A program made the position numbers and the translations under genes. From assembly GCA_002633005.1 (NCBI GenBank), contig NMRA01000387.1, positions 330,372 to 394,371 of the forward strand: 64,000 bases of DNA, given 5' to 3'. This document shows positions 11,601-25,100 of the stretch, one piece after another (the first letter of the stretch is position 1; each line of letters begins with the position of its first letter). This DNA is from Phoronis australis (taxonomy: Eukaryota; Animalia; Phoronida). Below the pieces are notes generated by a model that saw only the letters and a program-made list of their open reading frames with translations, made no database searches and was not told the origin of the DNA.

Positions 11601-13581
11601 TTTAACAATGTCAATCTGAAATAATCCGACTTGGAGATTTTAGGAATCAGAGTTTCATTTCTTGTAATGAATGACTTGAGCAGAAGTTACGAATTAGCTA
11701 GTACATTTCTTCTCAAAGTGAAAACTGTTACTACGTTATCATTTTAAGGTCCCTGAAAAAGACTGAAAACAGCAACAAGACGATTGCTTACGTTTCATAA
11801 GTTACCAATACCAAGAAATTTTCGGATTTCGACATTGGAACCTATATAGTTGTTTCGTTGACTACTACGAAAAAGTCGCAAACCCATACAAACGTGAAGT
11901 TGTAATAAACACCCTACTTAAGTCGTACTAAATATCCAATTTTGGAAGCAGTCGTTATTTTTCATATGTCCTGTTTTGCAGAAAATGAACACTTATTTCC
12001 TAAAAGCTACAACAACTGCCTGGGGCAAGTATCCCGCAAAAAAGGCAACTGAAGAGAATGAGACGAGAACATTCTGCGATAAATATATCTTCTTCAAATA
12101 ATAATTACAAAGGAATGAACACATTATGTACTAGTGACATCAGAAAATGTTGAAAATTGTTGATTAGTACAAAAACATGTTCTTTAATGTGGTACAAAAC
12201 TTGTTCTTAACATTAATTGCAAGTCAGGAAGCAACAACTTTCAATAAAAAAATACAAGGGCGATTGGATAGCCTCCTCGGATAACAAATGCTAGTATATT
12301 CGGAAACAAAATAAATTCGAAACCGACTTGAAAATGTACAATTTGGGTACATCCACGATAATAATAATACCAGGATGTTGGAGATTAGACAGGATGATTT
12401 GAACCAATTATCTATTGTTAACTACACACCTACTACATCAACAGGCTTTTGGAGATTAGACAGGATGATTTGAACAGATTATCTGCTGTTAACTACAGGC
12501 TTAATACCTCACCTCAATAGACAGGATGTATCTTAGACCAGATGTGTCCTCAGCATGACACATAATTAAAACAGAGGCAAAGGGATGTTACCTTATGGTG
12601 TCTTTTAAGAAGCCACATAAAAACATTTATGGTATCATTGTTTACTACAAAGACAATATGATGCCCAAGACAGACTAAGCCCCCAGATTGCAAGAAATTG
12701 CAAAATTAAATAATTTTTATTCAAAGCTACTAGTAGACACATTCATAACTAAATTATGTACAAATTAAAACTGCAAACTTGAGCAGTGCTCAACATGACC
12801 ATCAAATATACATAAAACAAAACTCAAGCCCAGGTCAATCAAAGCACATAAAAGTGGTTTAATTTTATGCAAGAATTTTAAACTTGTAGGTTAACCCTGA
12901 CGTAAAGGCTGCTGCAAATTGAATACTATGATTACATGAACACGTTGTGGAGAAATGATTTGTTGAACTTCCAATCAATTAGAACCCAAGCCAACTACCA
13001 AGCCAACACATACCCTGTGTTATTACGTAACATAGCTGATTAAAATCATTTTCACTGACTAAATAGCAGGTAATATCGAGTCATTTTACATAAATTTGTG
13101 ATTGATTTAATCAATGCATTGCCAAATTTTCGAAACACTTATGAAATTTGTTTTGAGTACGAGTTGACTTGGGTACGTGTTTACTTGAATTCGAAGCAAC
13201 CTGTTTCATAATTTGATCGGCAGCTTTCAAGTCCGTTTGCACCTAAGCCAAGTCGACTACCATTCAACCTATTAGTATTTTTTTCAATAATACCAATCGA
13301 ATTAGCGGAACCTTTCGATTACGATCTAGCAAAACAACATAAAAACTGAAAGTGATTTCCGAGTTTGCAAAGGACTGGCTGACTGTGTCATTACTTGAGA
13401 CCATGCTCGGACATAAACAGCGATACAATGGAACATAGCCTGGTTATCTCTTCCTGACGTATATCTAGGGCACTTTGTACTTCGTATACATGTATCCAAA
13501 GTAAACTCGTACTCTTACTCGTACAGACTACACTATCGATTGTTGTTTCACGTCGCTTTGCGCAACTTGCGATGTACAGAT

Positions 13582-14489
13582 CAGTGGCGGATCTGGGATA
13601 TTACAAGGGGGTCCAACATTTTGTCCGTAAACATTTGCTCAAAGCACAATTGTAGATGCGCATAGCACCGAATGGGGGGAGGTTGGGTTTGCCCCCCTCC
13701 CACCCAGGAAATGTTTGTTTTTCCTCTAAAAATCAAGCATTTTCCTTGATTCCCGAAGTATTATCCAAGAAAAAAAGGCAAAAAAAAAACACGGAGAAAG
13801 TGTCAAACAGGGAAAACTCGCTGGTTCCCTGCGTGCCGCTAGGTGGGGGCGGTAGCCGCACCAGCACGCAGGTATCACTTATTTTCCTCGGTAATTTTTT
13901 GATTGGCTAGTCGAATTCTCAACAGGCAGCGCTTTACGCAAACAAACTGGCATGACTGATGGACTGAAGTGTAAATGTGGTCTGTTGTACAGACAAATCG
14001 GTGCTTAAAATTTATGTTCAGGAAATGTGAAGCCTAGAAATTGTGATTGCGCCTTTTCGGAATGCATCTTTCTACTGTCGATGACTTTTGTTTACGATAG
14101 TGTCATGTATTCACCCAGTATGAATAACACACTGGTTAAATCGGCCAGATGTGCCTTTATTGTACACGTACATGTATGTGCTTGAAGCACGCGGCTATTA
14201 AACATCAGTACAGATACGAAATAGTTGCTGCGACGCCACTTGCATGACAAGGCTAAAAATCATTCACATTCTGCCATTTTTTCACCCGGTGTTGTAACGC
14301 TAATCAATGACTGCCGAGGTTACATCGACCAATGCTAAAGCGCGTGCCACTGCGTGATACCTGCGTGCCGGCTGGGCTAAGCACGCAGGGAACCAGCGAG
14401 ACAAGAAAAGCTTCAAGTATCACAGACTCGAACTCACAACCTGGTGGATAAAGCGCGCCTGCTTTACTACTGCATCACCACGATTTAAC
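13582..14489 (-). mobile_element. Composite repeat (tRNA-like head plus GATCCGCCACTG-type end), interrupted by a nested MITE
   Basis: 13582-13816 plus ~14415-14489 is the reverse complement of 22958-23280. Confidence 0.7.
13817..14400. mobile_element. Non-autonomous TIR element (MITE), copy 1
   Basis: Termini CTCGCTGGTTCCCTGCGTGC / GCACGCAGGGAACCAGCGAG, with an internal inverted GCACGCAGGTATCAC / GTGATACCTGCGTGC. A second copy lies at 30386-30966. Confidence 0.85.
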
Positions 14490-15096
14490 CCCTAACTNAA
14501 ACCCGCCTATGGATAAAGAACTGAATGGATAAATAAGTAAAAACAAAACACCACGGGTTTTAGAATTCAAAATGACAAACATGGAAAGAGATTTCTTTTC
14601 CTGTACAATTATAATGTAGAGAATTCGTCGCTCAAGCGTCTGGTAGGTGTCCAAAGCTGTAGTCATTTCCAGAAAGTCACAGAATATACATGATTTGTTT
14701 AAAGGGATAAACAGCACTTCAACTTCACCAAACATCTAAGCCCACATTTGGGATGTGCATTTTCAAAATGTACAAAATCTCATATCGTTAACGTTGCTCA
14801 AGCCACTGATCAGTTTTGATCAGCTGTTCTCCACTGTCCCGTTAGAATCTCAATGCAATGCGTATTATTTGAAATAAAAGTCATGCTTGCTTCCCAATTT
14901 CAATGCGTCTATTGGCACGAGTCTTGCAATAACGGCTCGTCAGTGAAAGTTTTTATGGGTCAATATTCAGGGAGCGTGCTCCTAAAATTATTTCCGCGAC
15001 GGCAATCAAAAATTTACAAATCAACATGCTAAAAATTTTGATTTTAAGTAATTGACGGCTCAAAGCTCTCCAAAGAGACAGTTCAATATTTCTCAC

Positions 15097-15497
15097 CTGT
15101 TAAATTTACACGATGTCGACCGCAACACAATTCTTGCAGAGACCCAGCAGTCATTATAGTGACGTCCACCAAGGTAAGGACCACGTTTCAAAAATTTTGT
15201 GTTTGTTTGGCAATTGTTGCAGAACGAAATTTTGAATCGGACCTTGCCACGTTGATTGACGTCAAGTTTTTCAGTGTCGTCTCCATCTATGTCGTCGTCA
15301 TCCACAGCATTTTCCACGTTCCTCTCATAATCCTGTATGTCGTCGTCGTCGTCATCGTCATCGACAGCGTGTTCGGCGTCTCTTGGTACCTCCTCCACTG
15401 CATTGCCGTCGTCTTCTTGTAATGCAATGATCGGTTGACCTTCAGCGTCGACTGCGCACATGTGAACAACGAGCAGCAGACTTAAGGCGAAAAACAT
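15097..15497 (-). CDS. Secreted precursor: signal peptide, acidic pro-region and cationic Cys-containing peptide (candidate antimicrobial peptide or toxin); 3' end uncertain
   Basis: MFFALSLLLVVHMCAVDA signal-like N-terminus, D/E-rich region, then QR/GKVRFKISFCNNC...DCW...SCKFNR. An upstream 69-nt GT-AG intron (15572-15504) lies in the 5' UTR. The exon ends at AG|GTGAGA (15097), which reads either as a phase-2 donor or as AGG-TGA stop. Confidence 0.75.
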
Positions 15498-17924
15498 CGC
15501 CAACTGGAAATATACCGGGAATTTATGACTGTAAGCCGCAGGGCATATATTCGGAATATTGCATATTCTTACCTTTCTAGGTCACATGTAAGCAAGGAGT
15601 TTACTATAGTACCGGTACTGTATGTAGTATTGTACTACACTCCTTGATATAAGCTCGAACTTAATTTCGGAAACAGGCGGCCTATAAACGAATAATGTGT
15701 GAACCACCATCGACATAATTATGAGAACCACTATGAATAGTTATTTGAGAGTTGGTAGTAAAATGCTACATGGAAAGCCCTGCACAATCCGTATGAAAAT
15801 TTAACTGAGGCTCATATGTAGATTTCCGAGTTAACGCCCAATGGATGTACATTCGGGGATTGTTTGGTTGAAATTCCTAGTAGGAATGTTCAAAGTATGA
15901 CCCCATGCGCTTTCTGAGCTACACAAATCTGGAACTTAGATAGTCTAAGATAAAACAAGTTTGAGACGGTTCAACACGCTAGATTATCACTTACGAGCAC
16001 CACCTGGACATAATGTAATGGATGAAGGCTACTGATAACTATTGCTCCAAATACAAAATGAAAACAAAATTCATTAATAAAATACGCATGTGTAGCTACA
16101 AATGAAGACACACATTTGGTTGGTGTTCTGAAAATGAAGAAGCCTCAGTTAGAGCACACTTCTGTTACCTGCTTCATGGCGAGTTTTCTAAATCTCCGAG
16201 TGTCAAGACGTAAGGCGTGAACTAAAGGGAGACGCTAGTCATTGATTACTACTTCAGTTTAGATCTTTTTGTGAACGAAAATAGGGTCATAAATAATTGT
16301 CAATGTCTAGATGTTGACACTTTCCCACTCGCACGCAGCCAAGTGTGAAAACGAAAAATATGTTTTATTCAGTTGAGATTTCTTTATTCTTTACATGACT
16401 TTGTTTTGACACAGAAAATCACGGACCATGTCCTGTGACCATGTCACACACACAAAATGTCACTACTATAGTAGTCAGCAATGGCCTTCTCAGCAGGAAC
16501 GCACCTACCAATTTTCATTATGATACCTCGAGCTTCATGTCAGAGAAAAAGGCGAACGCCAAAAACAAATCCGTAAATAACGAAAAAATGTCAGGTGCTT
16601 GCAGAGAATACGTTAAATCCGTCATCTTTTAAACAGATAACGGTTTGCTAAATTTCACGAAAATCCGTCGGATGACTCCGAAGATACATAGGCAAACGCA
16701 AAGTACTGCTCAGCTCAGTGACCACTTTACTTTATGGATGATACCCGAGCTGTATGTTGGCACTTGCTGTCTTTTGTAAATATGGTCCTGGTGATGTCTA
16801 ATGAATAGACAAAACGTTGATTGAACATGAAGTTTCTTATTTGTGCCGCGATCGTCCGGTTTTTAATCTTATTGTGGCCAAAAACTGATTTAGCTCATAG
16901 TAAAATTTATGATCGACCCATGTCTCTAATAATGTATAAATGATACGTGCGTCACAAGCTCGTTACCAGAGATGAAAAGGAGACCGAGGTTGGCGATATA
17001 AGGTCATTTATTGTGATGAAGACTGTTACAAGTAATAGATTGAGAATACAAAATAATAAAAATAAAAAGCGATAATCTTTGGTAAGATGGGTAATGAAAA
17101 GCGCAGCATGAGATGTTGTAAGATAGCCCATGCCCATTTGCAGGGATACATGAAATGAGAGGGAGGAAATTGAAAAATGTGTAGGACACTTACATATAAT
17201 GTCAGCTGGATACCAAACCCGAACTGCGGCTGCCAAGCCAGAGGGGAGAGTGATGTGGAGGTCGGTTGTACACAGTGGCCAGTGGCCCAAGAGCTTTTGG
17301 GAACTGAGGATTGCAGAAAACTTACTGCCATGTACGGCAGTGGCGTCAGTGTATGATGTCGAGGATGAAACCCACTTGTCGAAGAGGAGAAAGGATTTAC
17401 CGTTGAAGTGGTTGAAATAATTCACGTTGATACAAAATACTTGAAACCTAATCTGATTATAAGGGTACAAGCTGTATATAATAGCAAAAGACGCGAAACA
17501 AATGTACAGAACACATACGCCAACGCCATTACTTTCTGACCGATGCGAATTGAATGGAAAGAGCAATGCTTGAGATATCAGCTGAAAAATACATCCGGGA
17601 ATACACGTCAAAACAAGTAAGTCAACTATTGAATGTGAAATAAATTCCACATCTCGAAATAAATGCTTTCTTTTCTCAATTAGCATCTGATGTTCCTAAC
17701 AATTAAATATAAGGAACATTTCTGGGTAACAGCACATTCATTACTCCCTGTATTGGTGGCTAAAACGAAAATCGAATTTTATTTGACAAAATCGTCCTCA
17801 AAGATTTACACTTACCATGACGGGGCTCGTTTTCTTTTACCAAGAACAACATGCAAAACACCACACCTGTGCTAGTTCGTAGTTGTAAGACTTAAACAGC
17901 ACCGGGTACAAAATGGTACAACGG

Positions 17925-18071
17925 CATGGGCGGCGGAGCACCGAAAAAAATGGGGGCTAAATACCCCTAGCCCCCTTATGGTGCACTGCTTATAGACCAT
18001 GGGCGGCGCAACACTGAAAAAAGTGGGGAGGAGGCTATAGCCCCCCAGCCCCCTATGGTGCGCCGCCTATG
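17925..18071. mobile_element. Tandem pair of short GC-rich MITE-like units (CATGGGCGGC...GCCGCCTATG)
   Basis: Two ~73-bp similar units with inverted termini. No clear TSD. Confidence 0.55.
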
Positions 18072-19113
18072 AAAGTGTACAGAACTGAATTAAGTGGAGT
18101 TAATGTCGGTGTCACTTCAAAAATGAAGCTTGCGCGCTGATTCCTTATCTCTGTGACTGAAGCACAACATATAGCGATCATGATGCGAATATGAAATAGG
18201 TTGAAAATTGCTAAATGTTTTCAAGAACGAGTTTTGTGTCGAAAATGATCCTCCTTGAATCACTCAACCATGTCCTGTAAATATCGTGACGTGGATGTTG
18301 GGGAATAACACTGCGTGACGCGGGCTATGTGAGCCCCCAAAGTACGTCATTAGTGGAAAAATCACCTATTTTCAGAATTTTTTATTTTGTCAATGAATAC
18401 AGTTGCGCTTTGTTTAGCACAGATGGTGTTAAAATAGCATTGTGGTTTAGTTCCTGCTATACATTAGCATAGTTAGGAGCATGCAAATACATCCTCAATT
18501 TTCTTGTAGACGGACGGCAACAAAAGAGCCCGGAGGAAAAATGCAAAAAATAACAATTTAACATTCAAGAAGCCTGAACGATAATTTCTCAAAACAATTT
18601 AAAAACCCTATATCAAGGAGTCGACAATGGAAAACAAAATTTAACAAGAGTACGCGAAGAAAAAATACTATTGTCATATTTGGCCTCCACTTTTAAAAGT
18701 GTCGACTATTTCATTCGTGTAATTTCAGAACAAGTGGGAATATTTTATTCCAGCCCATACTTACGGTTTTCTAGCTTAGAAAGGAGCATTCAATTGACAA
18801 AAACCCAAACCATAATTTGATAGTACAACAAGGAGCAAAATCATAATATGTATTTCGCACGGGTAACAGCTAATATTATATATTTTCGCAGGGTTGAATC
18901 AATATGGAAGTCCGTCATAGTCCCATACCTCCTGGAGTTCCAGAGCATGAGCAAGTAAAAGATTGGTTGCCGGCTTCTGCACATGCGTACAACCTAATTT
19001 TTGACTCCCCACTTTCAGATCAGGAGACACTGGCGATGGCAATAGGGTGTTGAAATTTGATTTCTGCTTCCATATAATTTCAGATCATTTCACGGGTAAT
19101 AATTATTACGAAA

Positions 19114-22100
19114 ATGGGGTTTCGCGATTCAAAGTGTTTCCTCACTGGTACTACAGTGGCAACACGTGCGTTTTTCATTATTTACGATTTCGTACTGATA
19201 TGGAGTGTATACCACTCCAAGGACAACGAACCGCTTTGGTGGTTGTTTATTTTCTCTGTGGTGCCTCTTGTGGTCGAGATGGTCATCGTAATCGTCTACA
19301 ACGGTGGGAGAGAATGGAACAGGTAAGGGCAAAGGTGGTGGATTTAGAGGGGGGCTAAGGGGGCCATGGCCCCCCTAAAATTTTCCCAGTTTCCATTTGG
19401 CTATACGGGTCTGCGAATGTCTGACTGGCAAAATCCTGGCTAATGCTGTGCCCTGGGCCCTCCTAACTAAAAATCCTGGATTCGCCCCTGGGCAACGTAT
19501 ATGTTCACCTAGGTAAGACACTAAGCATGCTTTGGTGATTTCGTGCCATGCATCATGTTTAACTTCACGGTGCATCTTTTGCGAGGCAAGAAGCAAGGAA
19601 TATTATTGCACCAATTAGCTTGGCAATATGGTGCTAACCTGTTACTGCTGCGGACGTACGCTTGAGGTTTTAGACCTCATGCTGCTTTTGCACGTGTAGG
19701 GCTACAGGCACTTCGTGTTAGATTATGCAACGGGATAGCGACCGATGAGGTAAATATAACTAGAGTTGACATCACGTGGTTTTCGTTGTACGCAGTGGTC
19801 CGTCATCTTGCTGATGAACCACAGTGGGTCGTGATGTCCGTGTATTGTGCAGCATTTAACTGCATAACTCCACACTGCATCATTCAATACCTGTAATGTA
19901 AGGCAGAAGCTTACCAAGCACATTTTGCTCAAAGGCAGTGAATTTTATGGCAGTCCTACAAAAACAGCATATTTGGTTCCAATTTTGATTTTTTGAAGTT
20001 GATGCGATGTGCTAGTTTTCTAGTTGTCCAAATTTTGGAATTCGTATTATGCCAGCTTGGAGTTCAGAACGGGTCAGTATATGTTTCTTCCAGCATCGCT
20101 TGATGTCGGCTGAAATGGTTCGGGCTCTCTTTCTCTCTGTGTCAGCTGATGCCAGCTAAACTTGGTCGAATTTTTCTGTCTGTAAAGTGAGTCGGTGGTT
20201 TTCAAATTGACCCAAACACAGGTCAGAACTAATTTTGTGATTTTTGGCTTTTTGAGGTTTTAAGTATGGAATTTGTTTGAATCCTTGGCCAAAATTTTTG
20301 AAAAAGGAGTGGATGCTCGTTGATGAAAATAACTATTTGCATTTTTCTTAATTCGCATATAATTGTACCTTTGAAGCCCTGTGGAACTGTGTTTTGAGCT
20401 GAAAATATAATTCAAATAAAACAAAATTGCAGGGGATAATTAAATAGCAGAAACAATTGTTCATCTCATCTACTCCTTACAAAGCTGTGTCAAGTTTTTA
20501 GTATTAACTTGCCAAATTAAAAAAACTTTAAACCAGTTGAACCCTGAAGTGGACATTAGCAAGCCATGTTCTTCAGCCGTGGCTAGTTCGAATGGATAAG
20601 TCAACAGGAAATGGACTTAGCTTGTTAGTGTGAATGTTATATTACCTTAATCAATGGTCTACACAAACAATCAGAATAGCTTAATGGAAAAACAGCAAAA
20701 CTGTGCCAAAATAGTCTTAGCAGGCTGACATTTTTTGTTTTGAAGCACATTTCAGAAAGCTTTGTTATTAACTGTCTGACCTGCTGCGGGCAATATTTGT
20801 GTTGACTACATGAAGTTTTGAAGAACATACGAACAACGCGTTGTTTTTACACGCACTGCTTACTGGTCACTAACGGAAGTTTTTATTTCTTTAATTGGTT
20901 TTGGCATCGCCTTCTGTGTTGGTCAAGCAACTTTTAAGATAATTATGTTAATTGACAGATATCTTCTCACGGGAAGAGTGCATATACCAACGATTTTTGG
21001 ACGGCGCCAACTACTGTGGCGCCTTTTAGTGGCAGTTTTGTTTTTGTTTTGTGTGAGTTTTTGTAGTATCGCAATATGACGTTGATGTTTGAAATAAATT
21101 GAAACCTGTTTGGAATGGCATCACAATGTGTTGTTTGGAATGGCATCTCAATGTGTTGTTTGGAATGGCCCCTCAATGTGTTGTTTGGAATGACATCTCA
21201 ATGTTTTGTTTCGAATGGCATCGCAATGTGTTGTTTGGAATGACATCTCAATGTGTTGTTTGGAATGGCATCTCAATGTGTTGTTTGGAATGACATCTCT
21301 ATGTGTTGTTTCAAATGGCATCTCAATGTGTTGTTTCTGAGGTTACATGGTTTTATTACCGTTGTCATTCTCAATGTTATTGCTGGAAAGTCTGCGATTC
21401 CATGCATGATGCGCAGATCCAAGGGGGTACATTGGTATAAACATTAGCATTGTGCTACATGTACTTTATTTAAAATTCTGAATCCACCCAGTCACTGCTG
21501 TATTTTGACACAGGGTCTATGATATCATGGTTTAAATTTTGAGGCAATAGAGTCTCAAAGTGTACACAATTAGTTTTCCACTTAGGATAAACACCCAGAG
21601 CAACAGTGAGGTATCACCAACAGTCTTACAGATTTAATTGTGATGGTGCAAACATGAATACAGGCTAAGACATTTTTAAATTTTCATAAAACGCGTATAC
21701 ATGGTCTTGGCTGATACAACATGAAGTTGTCAATTACAGTCAGTTTTAGGGACTGTCTATCCAAGCATATGGTACTTCGGTGGCCAGCAGTGTTTCAGTG
21801 AAATTCATAGGCGGATTTATGAGGGTGGGCCCGGGCCACCCCCGCCCCCTTGGCTACCGGTAAAAATAAAACAGCAAGAGCGGGGGGGGGGTGGTCTCAA
21901 ACCAGATTTTAACTGTCCAAGTCAGAACGCCAGCGCAATCGGTTTCCCGTTTCTTTTTTTCCGAGCCCTCCCATATTTTAGGCTGGGTGCGCCCACGCAA
22001 TCGTGCATTGTGCTATTCCTGGAGAAAAAATGTTGAGCCCGCCCCCTTATGATATCCTGGATCCACTACTGAAATTTCACTTCATCTTGTTTCAAGGTTC

Positions 22101-25100
22101 AGGGGAAGTTCATAAAATTACCCGAGGCATTAAATGGGACCTCTTTGGGCTAAAGCTGACAAAAATTAACTTCATGTATATTTTAGGAATGCAATGGTTG
22201 ATGGGAGTGTCTTCTTTCCAGCTGATCATCTTATCCGGCTTGTAAACAACTAATAACCAAGTTCTGTACAATTATAAGCTTAGCTAAAACAAAACGAGTT
22301 AAGAACTAGATTCTCATGTGGGTATTAAAGGCATCAAGGTATTTTAAACAATTATAAAAAGTATACGATGTAATTCATAAACCGCTAAGAGATCCAAGGC
22401 CATAACGGCAGCGATTCCCGGTCAAATAAATGCGGAATTATGTCTTTTCATNNNNNNNNNNNNNNNNNNNNNNNNNNNNNNNNNNNNNNNNNNNNNNNNN
22501 NNNNNNNNNNNNNNNNNNNNNNNNNNNNNNNNNNNNNNNNNNNNNNNNNNNNNNNNNNNNNNNNNNNNNNNNNNNNNNNNNNNNNNNNNNNNNNNNNNNN
22601 NNNNNNNNNNNNNNNNNNNNNNNNNNNNNNNNNNNNNNNNNNNNNNNNNNNNNNNNNNNNNNNNNNNNNNNNNNNNNNNNNNNNNNNNNNNNNNNNNNNN
22701 NNNNNNNNNNNNNNNNTCTCTTTGTCAAACCTTATCTTAAGACGATTTCCAAAGCAATCCCGTCATTATTGCCAACACGAAAAACGGATTTGGTCTTTTG
22801 GGCATTTGAAGACTATTTTAAATACGACAAATTTGTTAAGAATTCATGGCACAAAACATAAAACGTATAATAAGCATTACGAAAAGAAGTAGGTTTCGCG
22901 CGCAGACGCTGTGGACCATAAACAAGAAGGCCTCTTATCATAGCGTCAGTAGTTAAAGCGTGGTGGTGTAGTGGTAACGCACGCGCTCTCTATCCGCCGG
23001 GTCGTGAGTTCGAGTCTTTGGTACGTTCAGTTTTTCCTGTTTGACAAGTTCTCCGTGTTTTTTTTTTTTCTCCTTTTTTTCTTGGATAATACTTCAGGAA
23101 TCAAGGAAAATGCTTGATTTTTAGAGGTAAAAACAGAAAAATTTCCTGAGCGGGAGGGGGGCAAACACCCCCTCCCGACCTCGGTGCTATGAGCATCTAC
23201 AATCGTGGTTCAGTTTGCGCAAATGCTTACAGCCGGACAAAATGTTGGGCCCCCCTTGTGATATCCTAGATCCGCCACTGAATAAGGCGGACCGCTTGTC
23301 ACGCGCTGTTTGGCTTGCGAATACAGTCGTGTTACCTCTATGTATATAGCTCATTTAGAGCGATGTTGTCCCACTTTTCTGCTGAGTGTAGGAAAACCTT
23401 CCCCGAGCAATAAGTGCATTATACGGCTCAACCTCTTCACCAATGTCCCACAAATTGAATGCTATAATTCGTTGAGGTCGTTCTTGCCTAACTATCGTCT
23501 CGCTTGCCGATTTAGAAGTTCAAATAATTTATGCTTGACGATAACTAAAGAGCAAAATTAAACTTTCAAAAATTAACTCCCCTAGACCTTGGTTGTTCAT
23601 GCTCATAGGCTTAGGCAGATTATTGGCCCTTAGAGTTTATAACATATTCGTGCATAAAGTGAGAAAAAGCAAATCAAACGAAAGTAACCCGGAAGTAGGT
23701 TTAATTTGTTTTTTTAGGACGATGTTTTTGCTGACCCTGATCAGATTCATTTTCAAAACCAGTTTTCAGACGTCCAGCTTTAGAACATCTCAGGAAGGTG
23801 GACAATAAAGGACACGCGTTCTTTAAAATACTTTCAGAGCTTTTTGGCTACAATCAGTGACAGATGTTGCCGCCTTTTGTGACATTCATGTTTTTGTCAT
23901 TGCAGCATGTTCTGTCCCAGTTTCTTCATATTCCTGGTATGTGTCACTCCACAGCTGTGGATCATCGAGCTCCACAATATAGAAAGATTGACCAGCAACG
24001 CCACGGCAAACAGCAGCATTACATTCTCGGCAGAATTGGTAAGATCTTTTAATACCTTTGCGATTTTTACTTCTGCTTTTTGTTTTATCAAAGGTCATAC
24101 TTCCTGCGTAAGCAGGATTTCAGCTTCATGAACCACTATCAACTTCAACTCAGTTTCAGTCACGACATGCAGTCTGATCCGCCTTTTTTGTCATGCAATC
24201 CCAAACGAAATGTCTGACCACGAGAGCGTTCCATAAACCAAAATTCTTGACTTTTTAATACCGTTCTGAGGTGGTGGCTTGTTATATCAGTGCAAGCTAT
24301 TGTATTACGATCTATGGAACGTAACCTTGACTTCTTGCCGCGAGAACTAAGCCCTCGGGGGATGCTCCCAAGAAGATATACGGTACGTGCCACGCAGAAG
24401 TGTGATTTTTCACGACTAGTTTCACTACTGGAAGGGTGCCTTTTCCGACGAAATTCCCGACAGAAAAGTTTATTTGAAAAGTAGAAACTCTTCTGAACAA
24501 AAAGTTCTTTTTTCAAACTACTCAATCCTACAAAAGGACTTTTAATATTTTCTATGTTTTAACTACTTTGATTGCAAAAGATGCATGAACACATAGGCGG
24601 ATATAGGGGCTGCCGTCAAAAAAAATAAAACAACAAGAGCGTGAGGAAATATTGAGTTTAGCAATCAATCTCGGTAATTAACATGGGAGGGGGGGGCTCA
24701 GACCCCATTGCAAGCGCCTGAACGAGACCACCGGTGCCACCGTTTTCCGTTTTATTTAATCCGTCGAGAAATTCGGGCATCCCTAGAATTGCAGCTGGAA
24801 CTGCCACTGGAGCATACTCACATTTTCACACAAGGTGGCTCTTCTTGTATTGTTTCAGGTTTGAAATTCATCTGATCAAGAATGGAATCATTAACCCTTA
24901 GTAGCTAATGAGAAAGGGGGAACTTTTTGGAAGCTCCCTACAAATATTGCAGCTGCAACCCGGTCAAAATTTACAGTAAACGAGTGCCATTCTGGTGACC
25001 TTTTACGGACCGCGAGAGACTGCTGTGGTAGCGTGGTAGATCATAACTTATTGCCGAGGATATCCGATTGAAAGCGAGAAACGTCGATAGATATTTAGTT

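Noticed and set aside
10603-12480. Short direct repeats (AATATTGTGCAATAACACACCTGTCCAATA x2; TTGGAGATTAGACAGGATGATTTGAAC x2)
   Set aside because: Each has only two copies and is a local duplication, with no array, coding or element structure.
16952-17686. 244-aa minus-strand ORF
   Set aside because: It has no recognisable domain and low-complexity hydrophobic composition. The opposite strand has a faint LINE-like DVEDETH motif, so it is more likely decayed repeat.
21107-21336. CRISPR-like regular repeat
   Set aside because: The units are head-to-tail with no unique spacers, there are no cas genes, and the context is eukaryotic. It is a minisatellite.
22958-23020. tRNA gene
   Set aside because: A and B boxes are present, but I could not fold a convincing cloverleaf, and it is part of a dispersed repeat.
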